A stretch of 64,000 nt of DNA from Octopus sinensis. Lineage: Eukaryota. This document shows, in pieces, positions 48,250 through 60,895 of the stretch. The position numbers were made by a program, and so were the translations under genes. The notes under the pieces were generated by a model. It saw only the letters and a program-made list of their open reading frames with translations. It was not told the DNA's origin and searched no databases. The stretch's first letter is position 1; each line of letters starts with the position of its first letter. Where the stretch lies: assembly GCF_006345805.1 (NCBI RefSeq), contig NC_043007.1, positions 10,788,001 to 10,852,000 of the forward strand, read 5' to 3'.

Positions 48250-48934
48250 TGTGTGCGTTGTGTGGTGCTCTAGCACTATGCCTGGGTTTGAACTTACCAT
48301 TATTTCATTGAACTCACCTCTGAGAAAGCGATTAACAGAGATCGAAAGATCGTACGTTTTATCTCACTGCTTCCCTTTGTCCCCCAAACAAAATCAATAC
48401 TCATAACGATGAATGGCAGACGGACACCATTGGGTTAAAATCCATACTAATAAAAATCACATGATTTATTGAGACCACGTGATTAAAATCTTAAACTAAT
48501 GAGATCACGTGATTTAATAAAAAAAAACAAAAAAAAAACAGAAAAAAAAACCACCCCAGCTAATTAGAACGCGTGATTATTATGAAGTCCATTGTGACTA
48601 GTAGCTTTTCTTTCAGCCATTTCTCTGACAACATGGTACCTGTCACATGCTGCTCTCATTAGCTTGGTTTTTAACCCAAAACAAACAATAACAGGCAATA
48701 ACAATAATATTACTTTGTTTACATATTCCTCATTGATTACGTCATAGGGTTGTTTGAGAAAATAAGCGCCGAGCTGATTAATTGAGTAAGTGCAATATAG
48801 TAAATTGCAAAATTTGAGTTCATATCGATTGTGAATCACAACACCACCACCCCACAACAACAACAACAACAACAACACTAGCAACAAAAATAATGATAAT
48901 AATGATGATAATAATAATAATAATAATAATAATA

Positions 48935-48971
<37 letters not shown>

Positions 48972-49285
48972 CCTTTCTACAATGGGCACTAGGGTTAAAA
49001 TTTTGCAGGAGGAGGCCAACATCGACTCCAGTGCTTGACTCGTAATCATTTTATCGACCCCAAAAGGATGAAAGACGTAGTCGGCCACGATGGAATTTGA
49101 ACCCAGAACGTAAGGACAGACGAAATGCCGCGAAGCTGTCTGCTCGTCATGCTAACGATCCTGCCAGCTCTCCACCGTAATAATAATAATGATGATGATA
49201 ATGATGATGATGAGGATGATGATAATGATGATGATAATGATGATGATGAGGATGATGATGAGGATGATGATGATGATGATAATAA

Positions 49286-49325
<40 letters not shown>

Positions 49326-49648
49326 TAATATAATAATAATGATAATAATAATATTTTTTTCATTTTATATTGAGCTGTTGCCATTAAATGGGGCACCGCC
49401 ATTTAATAATAATAATAATAATAATGATTTCAAATTTTTGCTACACGAGCAGCTGGGGGGGGATTAAGTCGATTTCATTGACCCCAGTGTGAAACTGGTA
49501 CTTTTTTAATCGGGTCCGAAAGGATGTGAAAGACGATTTAACCACGGCGGTATTTGAACTCAGAACATAAAGACTTACAAAATGCCGCGAAGTTATTTGC
49601 CCTGCTTGCTAACGATTCTACCACTTCCCCGCCGTAGTAATAACAATC

Positions 49649-49713
<65 letters not shown>

Positions 49714-49714
<1 letters not shown>

Positions 49715-51577
49715 GAAGGGGAACTTAAAAGCGAACAAAAATACAGGTCACCGTACAGGAAGTATGTTATTGAAAGAAAAAGGGCCTGAAAAGATAATTG
49801 AGGAACTGAAACAGTGCCTCGTTGCAAAGAAAACAAAGAGAGTTAGCTACAACCAAAGGATGAAGGGTTACCAGCAGAATTGGTTATTCATAATAGATCA
49901 GAAGTGATTCTACAAAGTGTACAGATGAAAAGTTAATACCAGATAACGTTGAAAGTCAATGGTTTTGAAGCGACATCTGGAGTGATGGAGAAAGAAATGA
50001 CAGAAAAATTTAAGGTGGACTACTTGCGCAGACTGAGACTGATGTTTAAGTCGAAATTAAACAGACGGAATAAGATTGAAGCTATAAACACCTGGGCGGT
50101 TTAACAAGGAAGTTACTGACTAGATATTGAATATCTCACCCAAAAAGTGACACAGACAGACTGTATGTACCAAGTAAAAGAGGGGGAAGAGGACTGATTG
50201 GATGCGAACACAGCATTAGAGTAGAAGAAAACAACATAACATAGTATGTAAAAAGAAATTCCACAGAACTGCTATTATTGGAAGTAAGAAAGTAAAGCTA
50301 GTGTAAGATTAAAGATTGCAAAGATAAGGCACTGTACAAATGAATGTAACTGAAAATAGGTGGATAAAGAAAAGAATGCATGGACAATTTCATAGGGATG
50401 TTGAAGATAGGACAAAAAGAGAAAAAAGACTGTTCTGGACGACTAAAAGTGATTCACAACCGGAAACAGGGGCTCTAATCCGTGCTGTTCAAGAGCAAGC
50501 ACTAAGAACAAACTACATCAAATACAGAATAGAAAACACATCAGAAAGTGACAAGTGCAGAATCTGTGGACAAAATGGTGAAACCGTATGGCATATTACC
50601 AGTCAATGTACGCCACTAGCTGTGAAAGAATATAAGAGACGCCATGATAATATAGCAAGGATTGTTCTTTGGACACTTTGCAACCAATATGGACTTGACA
50701 GAGCAAAAAAGTGGTACGAACATAAACCCGAAGGAATCATCGAAAATGATAATGCAGAGTTTCTATGGGATTTTATGATTCAGTGCAACCACGGGACAGA
50801 GAATAGAAAACCAGACATAGTCTTAATTGTGAAAGAAAGTAAACGATGCAGTATCATATATATAGCATGCCCGGAGGCGCAATGGCCCAGTGGTTAGGGC
50901 AGCGGACTCGCGGTCGTAGGATTGCGGTTTCGATTCCCAGACCGGGCGTTGTGAGTGTTTATTGAGCGAAAACACCTAAAGCTCCACGAGGCTCCGGCAG
51001 GGATGGTGGTGATCCCTGCTGTACTCTTTCACCACAACTTTCTTTCACTCTTTCTTCCTGTTTCTGTTGTACCTGTATTTCAAAGGGCCGGCCTTGTCAC
51101 TCTCTGTGTCACGCTGAATATCCCCGAGAACTACGTTAAGGGTACACGTGTCTGTGGAGTGCTCAGCCACTTACACATTAATTTCACGAGCAGGCTGTTC
51201 CGTTGGTCGGATCACCCGGAACCCTCATCGTCGTAACCGACGGAGTGCTTCCATTGCATGCCCAGCTGATAACAAGGTATGCGATAAGGAAGAAAGAAAA
51301 GTCGATAGATATGACTGGTTAGCTTAGAAGATTAAGCAGTTGGGTGGCTGAAAAAGGTGGTAGCAGTACCAATAATTGTCGGATCCCAGGGAACAGTGAG
51401 TAAAAATCTTTGTGAAGTACATGGAACAAATAGGGGATGCAATAAGGGTGGAGCACTTGCAGAAAACAGCAGTGCTTGGAACCGCTCGAATACTCCGGAT
51501 GGTGCTCGAAAAATAAGGGGTGCTACCTTACTTCAGTGGTAGTGAACAGCTGGCATAGTTAGAAGCTGTGCAAAGGC
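49714..51577 (+). mobile_element. R4/Dong-clade (RLE) non-LTR retrotransposon relic within (TAA)n, RT core deleted
   Basis: IEELKQ...YQQN; YLRRLRLMFKSKLN..NKIEAINTWAV; HPKSDTDRLY..RGGRGL; CCHC knuckle CRICGQNGETVWHITSQC; RLE RKPDIV..IIYIACP; LQKTAVLGTARILR; (AAT)n on both sides. Confidence 0.92.
50873..51255 (+). mobile_element. SINE family B inserted in the R4 endonuclease region, 8-bp TSD
   Basis: TSD GCATGCCC at 50865-50872 and 51256-51263; removal restores IACPADNKV. Confidence 0.92.
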
Positions 51578-51683
<106 letters not shown>

Positions 51684-51705
51684 TAATAATAACAATAACA
51701 ATAAC

Positions 51706-51770
<65 letters not shown>

Positions 51771-52009
51771 TAATAATAATAATAAAATGATAAATGCAAC
51801 TATAATTTTAGCACAAGGACAGCAAGTTTAGAGGAGGGCTTAAGTCGATTGCAGTGACACCCACACCAACCCTCGCCGAGTTCATCGACCCCCGAATGAA
51901 TAAAAGGTAAAGCTGACCACGACCGTCGTTGAACTCAGGACGAAAAGATGGGAGAAACGCTGCCGAGCATTTACTATATCAAAAACAACAATAACAACTA
52001 TAATCCTTT

Positions 52010-52525
52010 CTACTATAGGCACATTGACCCCAGTAGTCAACTGGTACTTAACTTATGAACTCAGAGCGTAGCGACTGGCGAAATGCAGCTAAGCATTTCG
52101 CCCGGTGTGATAACGTTTCTTTTCTATTCTACGCACTAGGTACGAAATCTTGTGGGAGGGGGCCAGTCGATTAGATCGACCCCAGTACGCAACTGGTATT
52201 CAATTTATCGACCCCCGAAAGGATGAAAGGCAAAGTCGACCTCGGCAGAATTTGAACTCAGAACGTAGCGACTGGCGAAATGCCGGTAAGAATTTCGCCC
52301 GGCGTGCTAACGTTTCTTGTTTCTTTACTGCCCACAAGGGGCTACACACAGAGGGGACAAACAAGGACAGACAAATGGATTAAGTCGATTATATCGACTC
52401 CAGTGCGTAACTGGTACATATTTAATCGACCCCGAAAGGATGAAAGGCAAAGTCGACCTCGGCGGAATTTGAACTCAGACCATAGCAGCAGACGAAATAC
52501 CGCTAAGCATTTCGCCCGGCTCGCC
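52010..52525 (-). mobile_element. SINE family C multimer or cluster
   Basis: Units joined at AACGTTTC|TT junctions (about 52118 and 52317). Confidence 0.8.
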
Positions 52526-52754
52526 ACCTTAACACTAACGACTATAAAGATAACCATAACAGTAAAACCAACTATGATAATAACCATAACACCATCAATA
52601 ACCACCACCACAACAAGAAGCGCAACAACCATAAAAATAACCACAACAACGACGACAACAACAACAACAGCTACATGATGTCAAGGTGATGAAATTAATT
52701 TCACCTTTGAAAATGTCAAGAAAACAACTGTTTAATTGGTGACATTAACCTGGC

Positions 52755-52932
52755 ATTTACATCGTTGTCGTCGTCATCGTCGTCATCATCATCATCATTA
52801 TTATCATCATAATAATCATCGTTATCGTCATCATCACCACCACCACCACCACCATCATCGCCACCATTTTCATCGACGTCATCATTATCATTATCATTAT
52901 CATCGATGGCATTACCGTTATCTTCATCGTCG

Positions 52933-52972
<40 letters not shown>

Positions 52973-53252
52973 TATAATTATCATCATCATCATCATCATC
53001 TTCTTCATCATCATCATCATTCCCATTACCGCCATCGTCACAATCGTCATCTTCGTTGTCGTCGTCGACATCATCATCATCATCATCATCATCATCTTCT
53101 TCTTCATCATCATCATCATTCCCATCACCGCCATCGTCACAATCGTTATCATCTTCGTTGTCGTCGCCATCCTCATCATCATCATCATCATCATCCTCAT
53201 CCTCATCATCATCATCATCCTCATCATCATCTTTATCTTCATCAACATCATC

Positions 53253-53301
<49 letters not shown>

Positions 53302-53302
53302 A

Positions 53303-53336
<34 letters not shown>

Positions 53337-53344
53337 TTTATCAA

Positions 53345-53380
<36 letters not shown>

Positions 53381-53404
53381 TATCATCTTCATCTTCATCA
53401 ACAA

Positions 53405-53459
<55 letters not shown>

Positions 53460-53689
53460 GTCATCATCCTTCGCAGTCATTGTCGTCTTCGTCATCATAA
53501 TCACATCATCGTTTTTGTTGTTATCATCATTCTTATCATCAGTTGATGTTGGTAAATATCAAATGTGGCAATCTACAATATGACGAAAACCAGGCAACGA
53601 TCAACATTGTCACACAAAAGGAAGTAGGAGGGGAATGGAGGAGGAGGAGGAGGAGGTGGAAAGAAGAAGTAGAAGAAGAAGAAGAAGAA

Positions 53690-53722
<33 letters not shown>

Positions 53723-54000
53723 AAAGAGGAAAAAGAAGGTGATGATGATGATGATGGTGATGACGATGATGACGATGGTGTGGAAGCTGAAGGAGAAGGT
53801 GATGATGATGACGATGACGATGATGATGATGATGAGGAGGAGGAGGAGGAGGAGGATGATGATGACGATGATGATGAAGAAGAAGGTGATGATGATGATG
53901 ATGATGATGATGATGGTGACGATGATGGTAAGGAAGCTAAAGAAGAAAAAGAAGAAGAACAACAACAACAACAGCAACAACAAGGTGGTGGTGATGATGG

Positions 54001-54032
<32 letters not shown>

Positions 54033-54058
54033 GTGAAGAAGTTGAAGGAGAATAAGAA

Positions 54059-54089
<31 letters not shown>

Positions 54090-54135
54090 AAGAAGAAGAA
54101 GAAGAAGAAAAGAAGAAGAAGAAGAAGAAGACAAT
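52755..54135. repeat. Imperfect trinucleotide arrays: (CAT)n, about 110-bp unique spacer, then (GAT/GAA/GAG)n
   Basis: Directly visible; generates the poly-D/H/M/S/E ORFs. Confidence 0.95.
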
Positions 54136-55945
54136 AGTAAGTATCAGAAAGCGTTCAGCAGAGCGAAGACTACGACTCGACATACATGTAAAATTAACGT
54201 GACCCTTCAAATGATAACTAAGAAGAAAGACAAGGGAAAGAAAACTTTTACCTTGCTATTTTGTTACGGTTATACCTAGGTTTCAAATTTCCTCAGCAAA
54301 TATAACAGTTTATATTTTTCATTCCCTTCGAAATTGCTCTTAAATGTGGTTTCAGTCGTTTTGAATGCTTCTTCTAGCATGTAAAATTACCTGTTAAAGG
54401 CAGTTTCTCTTGTGCTTAAATGTACAGTATTTTATATCGAGAATGTGTTGTCTATTGACTTTTTATATATGCTAGGCCACTGGTAGTGAAATTTCTAAAA
54501 ATATTCGCTGCCCTGTATATTTTACGTATATGATTCTAGCATTTCGAAGATCAGTTCGGCACTTTTCATTTACTGCCGTCTTTAACTGCGCTTGCGCGGT
54601 GAATTTGAAAAGTTATGACATATAAAGATGAGCCACGTGTTGTTTGTCTCTAAATTATTTGTTAATGTTATGGCGCGGTTACTGATGAGAGTTTCGACTG
54701 ACAAATTGTTTTATTTGCTAAGGAAATTAGAAACCCTAAGGAAATTAGAAACCTAGATATAACCGTAAAAAGGTAGCAAGGTAAAAGTTCTTCATTCCCT
54801 TCGAAATTGCTCGTTTTGACTTCATCCTCTAGCATATAAAATTACCTGTTAAAGGTAGTTTCTCTTGTTCGGGGTTGGTAAAATAAGTACCAGTTGCAAA
54901 CTGATGTCGATGTAATCGACTTCCTCCTACTCCTAGCTTGCTGGCCTTGTGCCAAAATTTGAAACCACTATTATTATTACTATCATCATTACTATTATCA
55001 CCATCATCATCACCATCATCATCACCATCATCATCAAGGTGACGATTCGGCAGAATCACTAACAGCCCGGACAAAATGCTAAGCGTTGTTTCGTTCGTCA
55101 TTAACTTCCGAGATCAAAAGTCACTGATGTCAAATTTGCCTTTCACTATTTCGGGGCCAATAAGTACCAGTTGAACACTGGGGTCGATGTGATCAATTAT
55201 CTTCACCACCTCTTCCATAATTTCAGATTCAGTGCCTATCGTATACAGGGTTATGTATTATTACCACGATGGAGGCAGTCGAAAAACCGTTCTCACGCCA
55301 GGTTACATACTTAACGGCATTTGTTTCGGCTCTTTACGTTTTGAGTTCAAATTTCGCCCAAGTTCACTTCGCTTGTCATCATTAAAAGTGAAGCCCTGTG
55401 TCCAATGTAATCAAGGTGGCGAGACGTCAACATTTCAGACCTTGTGCCTTTAATAGAAAAAAATATTGTTAGTGCTAGCTAGCTATAGAAAGAACAATAA
55501 ATTAAAGATCAAACGTATGTTGCGTGAGAAATACAAAAAAATTGCGCAGGGATTTCGAAACCGCAGCAGCTGGAAATTAAGCAAATTATAATTAAAATCT
55601 TTATCTATTTATTCATTTATTTATATATTTACATTTTAATTCAATGTTTTGCAGTGTTTCTATTTATATTATTTTTAGCTGATTTCTTTGTATTTCCTAT
55701 ATTTATATTTTTGTAATTAATTATTATTATTTATATTCATTATTTTTTTATACAATGGCTTGTTTATGTTTTACTAAAGCACACACACATACCTACTCCA
55801 CCCACACACCCCACCACTGCACCCAGCCACACCCGACACACTCAGAAACAAATACGCACGCAGTTATATTTATCTAAATATCGTATATATTTCTTCAAAA
55901 TGTATTCCTTTATTGTAATATATTTATCAAGGTTTATATACAATA

Positions 55946-56021
<76 letters not shown>

Positions 56022-56154
56022 TATATACACCCATATATATATATATATATGTATGCATGTATATGTATATATATCTGTGTATATGTGTGAATGTTTGTAC
56101 ATATATATGTGTGTGTGTATATGCAAGTATATGTATACATATGTATATGTATTT

Positions 56155-56185
<31 letters not shown>

Positions 56186-56203
56186 ACCACAAACACACAC
56201 ACG

Positions 56204-56271
<68 letters not shown>

Positions 56272-56911
56272 TGTATGTGTATATATATATGTGTGTGTAT
56301 ATATATATATACATATATATATGCAATGCGTGTGTGGGATTGTTTATTCGTTTATTTCATAAATATTTATTTTCTTATGTATATAAATATGTTTACATTT
56401 ATATTAAAAAAATTTATTTAATTTATTATTAATACAGTTTTTTTATATATATATTTATTTTTTATACTATCTATTTTTTACTAAAGAAAAATTATTTATT
56501 TATTCGTTTTTCTATTTATTTTTATTTATCTATTTATTATTATTTTTTTTTTCTATTATTTATTGAAGTCTCTGAAAAAGGAGAGGGAGACTAAAGTTAT
56601 GACGCAATTAAAGCGTTCGGTCACCATGGTAACCACAAGAAATCAATAATTACATTTAGCAAGCGTTTATCAATAATAATAATATGACCTCACTTTAAAA
56701 GAGACATTTCCTTTGTTCTTGATTTCTTTCTCCTTTTTTTATTTATTTATTTATTTATTTTTTGTTTGCTTTGTTGGTTGATGTTGTTGTTGTTGATGTG
56801 ATTGTTGATGTTGAGTTTTTGCTTGTTGTAGGTGTGTGCGTGCGTGCGCGCAGGCATTAGGGTTTTGACAGAAAAAAATATTTATTTATGTGTGTATGCG
56901 CGTACATATAT

Positions 56912-56967
<56 letters not shown>

Positions 56968-57053
56968 TAAATATATACATACATATATATATATACATAT
57001 ATATATATAATACACACACATATATATATAAATATATGCATACACACACACAC

Positions 57054-57092
<39 letters not shown>

Positions 57093-57676
57093 TGTATGTA
57101 TGTGTACATAAATACGCAGACACACACATACGAATGTATGCATATATATATATAGGTATATATATATATATATTATTATTATTTTATATATATTGTTATT
57201 ATTATTATTATTGTTATTTTATTATTCTTATTATTATTATTATTATCATTATTAATATTATTATTGTTATTATTATTGTTATTTATCATTTAATGAACGT
57301 GACGCATCCTTTTCCAAGTATATATATATATATATATATAATATATTATATATAATATATATATATATATATAATATATATATAATATATATATATACAC
57401 ACATATATATATGGACTTTTCCTGTGTACACTCCCACGCACATAAACGCGTGATTGCATGATCCCACGTACACACTTTTATGTTAGTGTTGTGTTTCTTT
57501 AATTAAAAACAACAGGTATCTTTGGTACACTCTGACGAATCGTTGCCGGCGATCGCTTGAAGTCACAGCCAACCTAGATTTCGTGTGAACTAAAAACAGC
57601 ACGCGAGCACAACTGAACCCAAACATGCATGCGCGCAAACATATATATTAATGTTTAGATGTTATTTTTGTTTTTT

Positions 57677-57892
57677 AGTTTTAGCTCAGAGCTGCGGCCA
57701 TGCTGATGCCCCGCCTATTTCGTGCTACACTGTTATTACTAAGAGCCTCCTCTAATATGTGGCACTTGGTGAAGAATGGAGTTTGATATAGCCACCCTTA
57801 TTTGCACCTCTTGCCGTGAGGTAGATTCATCTGGGACTCGCGACAGGAAGAGGTCCAACTTTGATTTAAAAACCGCTACATCTACTTTGTGC
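57677..57892 (-). mobile_element. CR1-like LINE 3' end, second copy
   Basis: Reverse complement of about 31745-31960. Confidence 0.8.
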
Positions 57893-58659
57893 ACATTCTG
57901 TGTATCACGAGAGTCCTATTTTAGTGTACCAAATGCATTTAATGGGGAGATATTAGTTTCATATTTTGGCACAAGGCTAGCTATTTCGTGTTGAAATGGC
58001 ACTTAGTTTATCGACCACAAAATGGATGATAGACAAATTCGACCTCGGCCAAATTTCAACTAAGAATGTAAAAAAGGACGAAATGCTATTAAGCTATTTG
58101 CTCGGCGTTCTAAAGATTCTACCAGCTCGCCGCCCTAATTTAATTATGGGATATTAAACTAGCATTCGGATTTCGGTAATATTTTACCCAAGGAGGGTAG
58201 ACTCCACATTTCTCACCGCCTACATTAAACCAAATATTGAGGCTTAGTTAACGAGGCTTATATCCTGGGATATCACAACTGCTCATTCTTTAATGGAGTC
58301 GGTTTCCGCGTTTTCCAGCTAGATGGGTGCGCTATTTCTGCAGAAGATTGGTCCGGAGCAGAGACAACTGAAAAAAATCCACCTAGAGATAAAACGAGCT
58401 CAAGATTACTGTGGTTGATAGGAAACCAGAGGTAGGATCCTTCCTAAAACAATGGATAATTTAGTCCTCGTTGCTCCACTCAAGTGAAGCGTACAGGATA
58501 AGGAATGAAGTGCCTGTGAACCTGAGAACCTGCTAGAAAACCAGTTATCAGGACTTTGCTGATGAGGCACTAATCAACGGATAGCAAGTGGCTTCATTCC
58601 CTATTGTAGACGGCTACTGAGGGAGGGACCGATCGTGAAGTTCCTTTTTGAGCAATATA

Positions 58660-58872
58660 TACTCATAGGGCCAGTATTCCGGTTTCCATGACTTATATAT
58701 TTCCCACCTGGACGGGACGCTGGTCCGGCGCAGGCTTATGATTACTCCCTTTTGCCGGCTGAGTGGACTGGAGCAACGTGGAATGAAGAGTCTTTGTCAA
58801 GAATACAAGGTGTCATCCGGTTCAGGAATCGAAACCACAATCTTACGATCATGAGTCCAGCACCCTAATCAC
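58660..58872 (-). mobile_element. tRNA-headed SINE with V-domain-like core
   Basis: Head with GGTTTCGATTCC; CCTGCGCCGGACCAGCGTCCCGTCCAGG recalls the V-SINE domain (from memory). Confidence 0.5.
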
Positions 58873-59690
58873 AAATCCAAAAAACTTCCACGACCGTGAA
58901 AAACCCACTGAGGATACGGAAAGATTTCCGTCATTGTGATGGATTCAGAAAAAGAGCAAGCGATATCTCTGAGTAGCTCCTACAGCTTCTGCGTGGGGCA
59001 AAGCATTTCCGATATATATTTCCACTATTGGGTCCATTCTAAATACCTTTACACATAAAATATATCTTATCACCCTAAGAAATGTATTTCAACGTGAATT
59101 TAACAATACACGCAGCATAATTTGATATCAAGTTATTTTACTATCATTCCTGTATTCTATAAAGTTATTTTAAACGCAGATTGTACATAAATAAGAGCCT
59201 TTTGTACTTCTTTATGTTGCTTATAAATTGTATACATTACGGACTACATTTCATTTTTTAGTCTGTCTGTATTAAACCTCAGATGTCTACAGCTACAGAT
59301 ATTTCGCGGGTGCCCGATACTTCTTTATGTACATATATATATTTCTCTATGCGTGATGATAGTTCGTTTTTCTTGTATTAAATATATTTGCCTATGTAAT
59401 ATTTAATATATAGACACAAATCGAAAATATTCTGTATTCTTCATTTTTTTTGCACACGTGACAAATTTTTTGTTGTGGAGTTCATTTTAATTTTAATATA
59501 TAAAGAGATACATATACAAACATACATCCGTCCACCATCCATCCATCCATCCATCCATCCATCCATCCATTCATTCATACATAGTAGAGTCCACAGTGAT
59601 TCATAGGTAGAAGAGGTGCAGCCGGAGTCGCCATCATAGATCGGTAGCCACTACACACATTTTTTTCTCTCCTTGTATTTTTCTGTGTCC

Positions 59691-59726
59691 CTTTCTGTAG
59701 AAGAGCGTAGGCTCGAAACGTAAAAG
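59691..59726 (+). ncRNA. Minimal type I hammerhead-like motif (A6U variant) in Penelope-like repeat 59610-59815
   Basis: CTTT-CTGTAGA-A-GAGC-GTAG-GCTC-GAAA-CG-TA-AAAG; stems I and II form; ACGT palindrome in the stem III position. Confidence 0.5.
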
Positions 59727-59819
59727 ACGTTTTCAATTCCTGAGCGTTATACTAATACATCTGTTTGTTTTCTACACCAACTGTCTTCCTCTTTTGTTTT
59801 TTTTTTTCGTGAACTCTCC

Positions 59820-59993
59820 CCATACATACATACATACATACATACATACATACATACATACATACATGCATACATACATACATACATACAAACATACATA
59901 CATACATACATACATACATGCATGCATACATACATACATACATACATACATACATACATACATACATACATACATACATAATACATACATACA

Positions 59994-60025
<32 letters not shown>

Positions 60026-60075
60026 CATACATACATACATACATACATACATACATACATACATACATACATACA
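59820..60075. repeat. (TACA)n microsatellite
   Basis: Directly visible. Confidence 0.97.
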
Positions 60076-60831
60076 ATTGCTTTGAAACAGTTAGCGCGCG
60101 CACACACAGATGTCCTACACTGGAGTGTTATAAATAGGTGGAAGTTTCGCAGTTGGATCCAACGGTAATATTCTGCAGAGAACGAGCAAATGAGAACTGT
60201 GATCTTCAGTCTGTCCCAATGTGTATTAAAAGAATATGTGAAGTATCAGCTCATCGAAACCACCGAAATCCCTAGCAAGGCAGCTGATCATGGGTATTTT
60301 TTGATTTGTCTAGCATGTTGAATTTTCTCATTATTTGTAACAAATTCCTTTTAATTGTGATACTAATATACAAAGCCTCATTTTCTTACATGTTACTATG
60401 CTAATTAAATTACTGTAACCTTACCCAGTCTTTCTTTACGACTCATAGTTCTTTCTTCTCTATACTATCTTTTCTCAATCTCATTCTAGTCTCTCCTAAA
60501 TACCTCGTTATCACCTTGCAACTGCTTCTCTTATAGCTTGGCCTATTATATTTCTATCTCAGTTCAGTTCCATTATCAAACACACCAATTTCTCTTCTTT
60601 CCATTATATAATCCTGAACGACATCCAAACACGTAATTGTTCATTCATTTTTTTCCCCTTTTAGCTTTTAACATCATACTAGTGTTGTTATGTTGTTCTT
60701 ACTTTTTCTCGTAAAAGATTGATAGCTTCCTTCTGTTTTCCTGTCTTATTTGCTATATCTCATCCGTATATTTTCATCTTTCTGTTTTCTCGGTTTCAGT
60801 CTACAAGATTAAACAAGATAAATATTTAAAC

Positions 60832-60895
60832 CACCTGATGAATGGCTGTAACTCGAAAATTTAAAGAAATTAACAGCCATGAAACGATCGTAGTG
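60832..60895 (+). ncRNA. Type I hammerhead ribozyme with canonical catalytic core
   Basis: CAC-CTGATGA-ATGGCTGT-(23 nt)-ACAGCCAT-GAAA-C-GATC-G-TA-GTG; all conserved core nucleotides present; GUA cleavage triplet. Confidence 0.75.

Noticed and set aside
53543-54055. Glu/Asp-rich 170-aa ORF
   Set aside because: Frame slips within repeats (WRRRRRRW) show it is a microsatellite translation.
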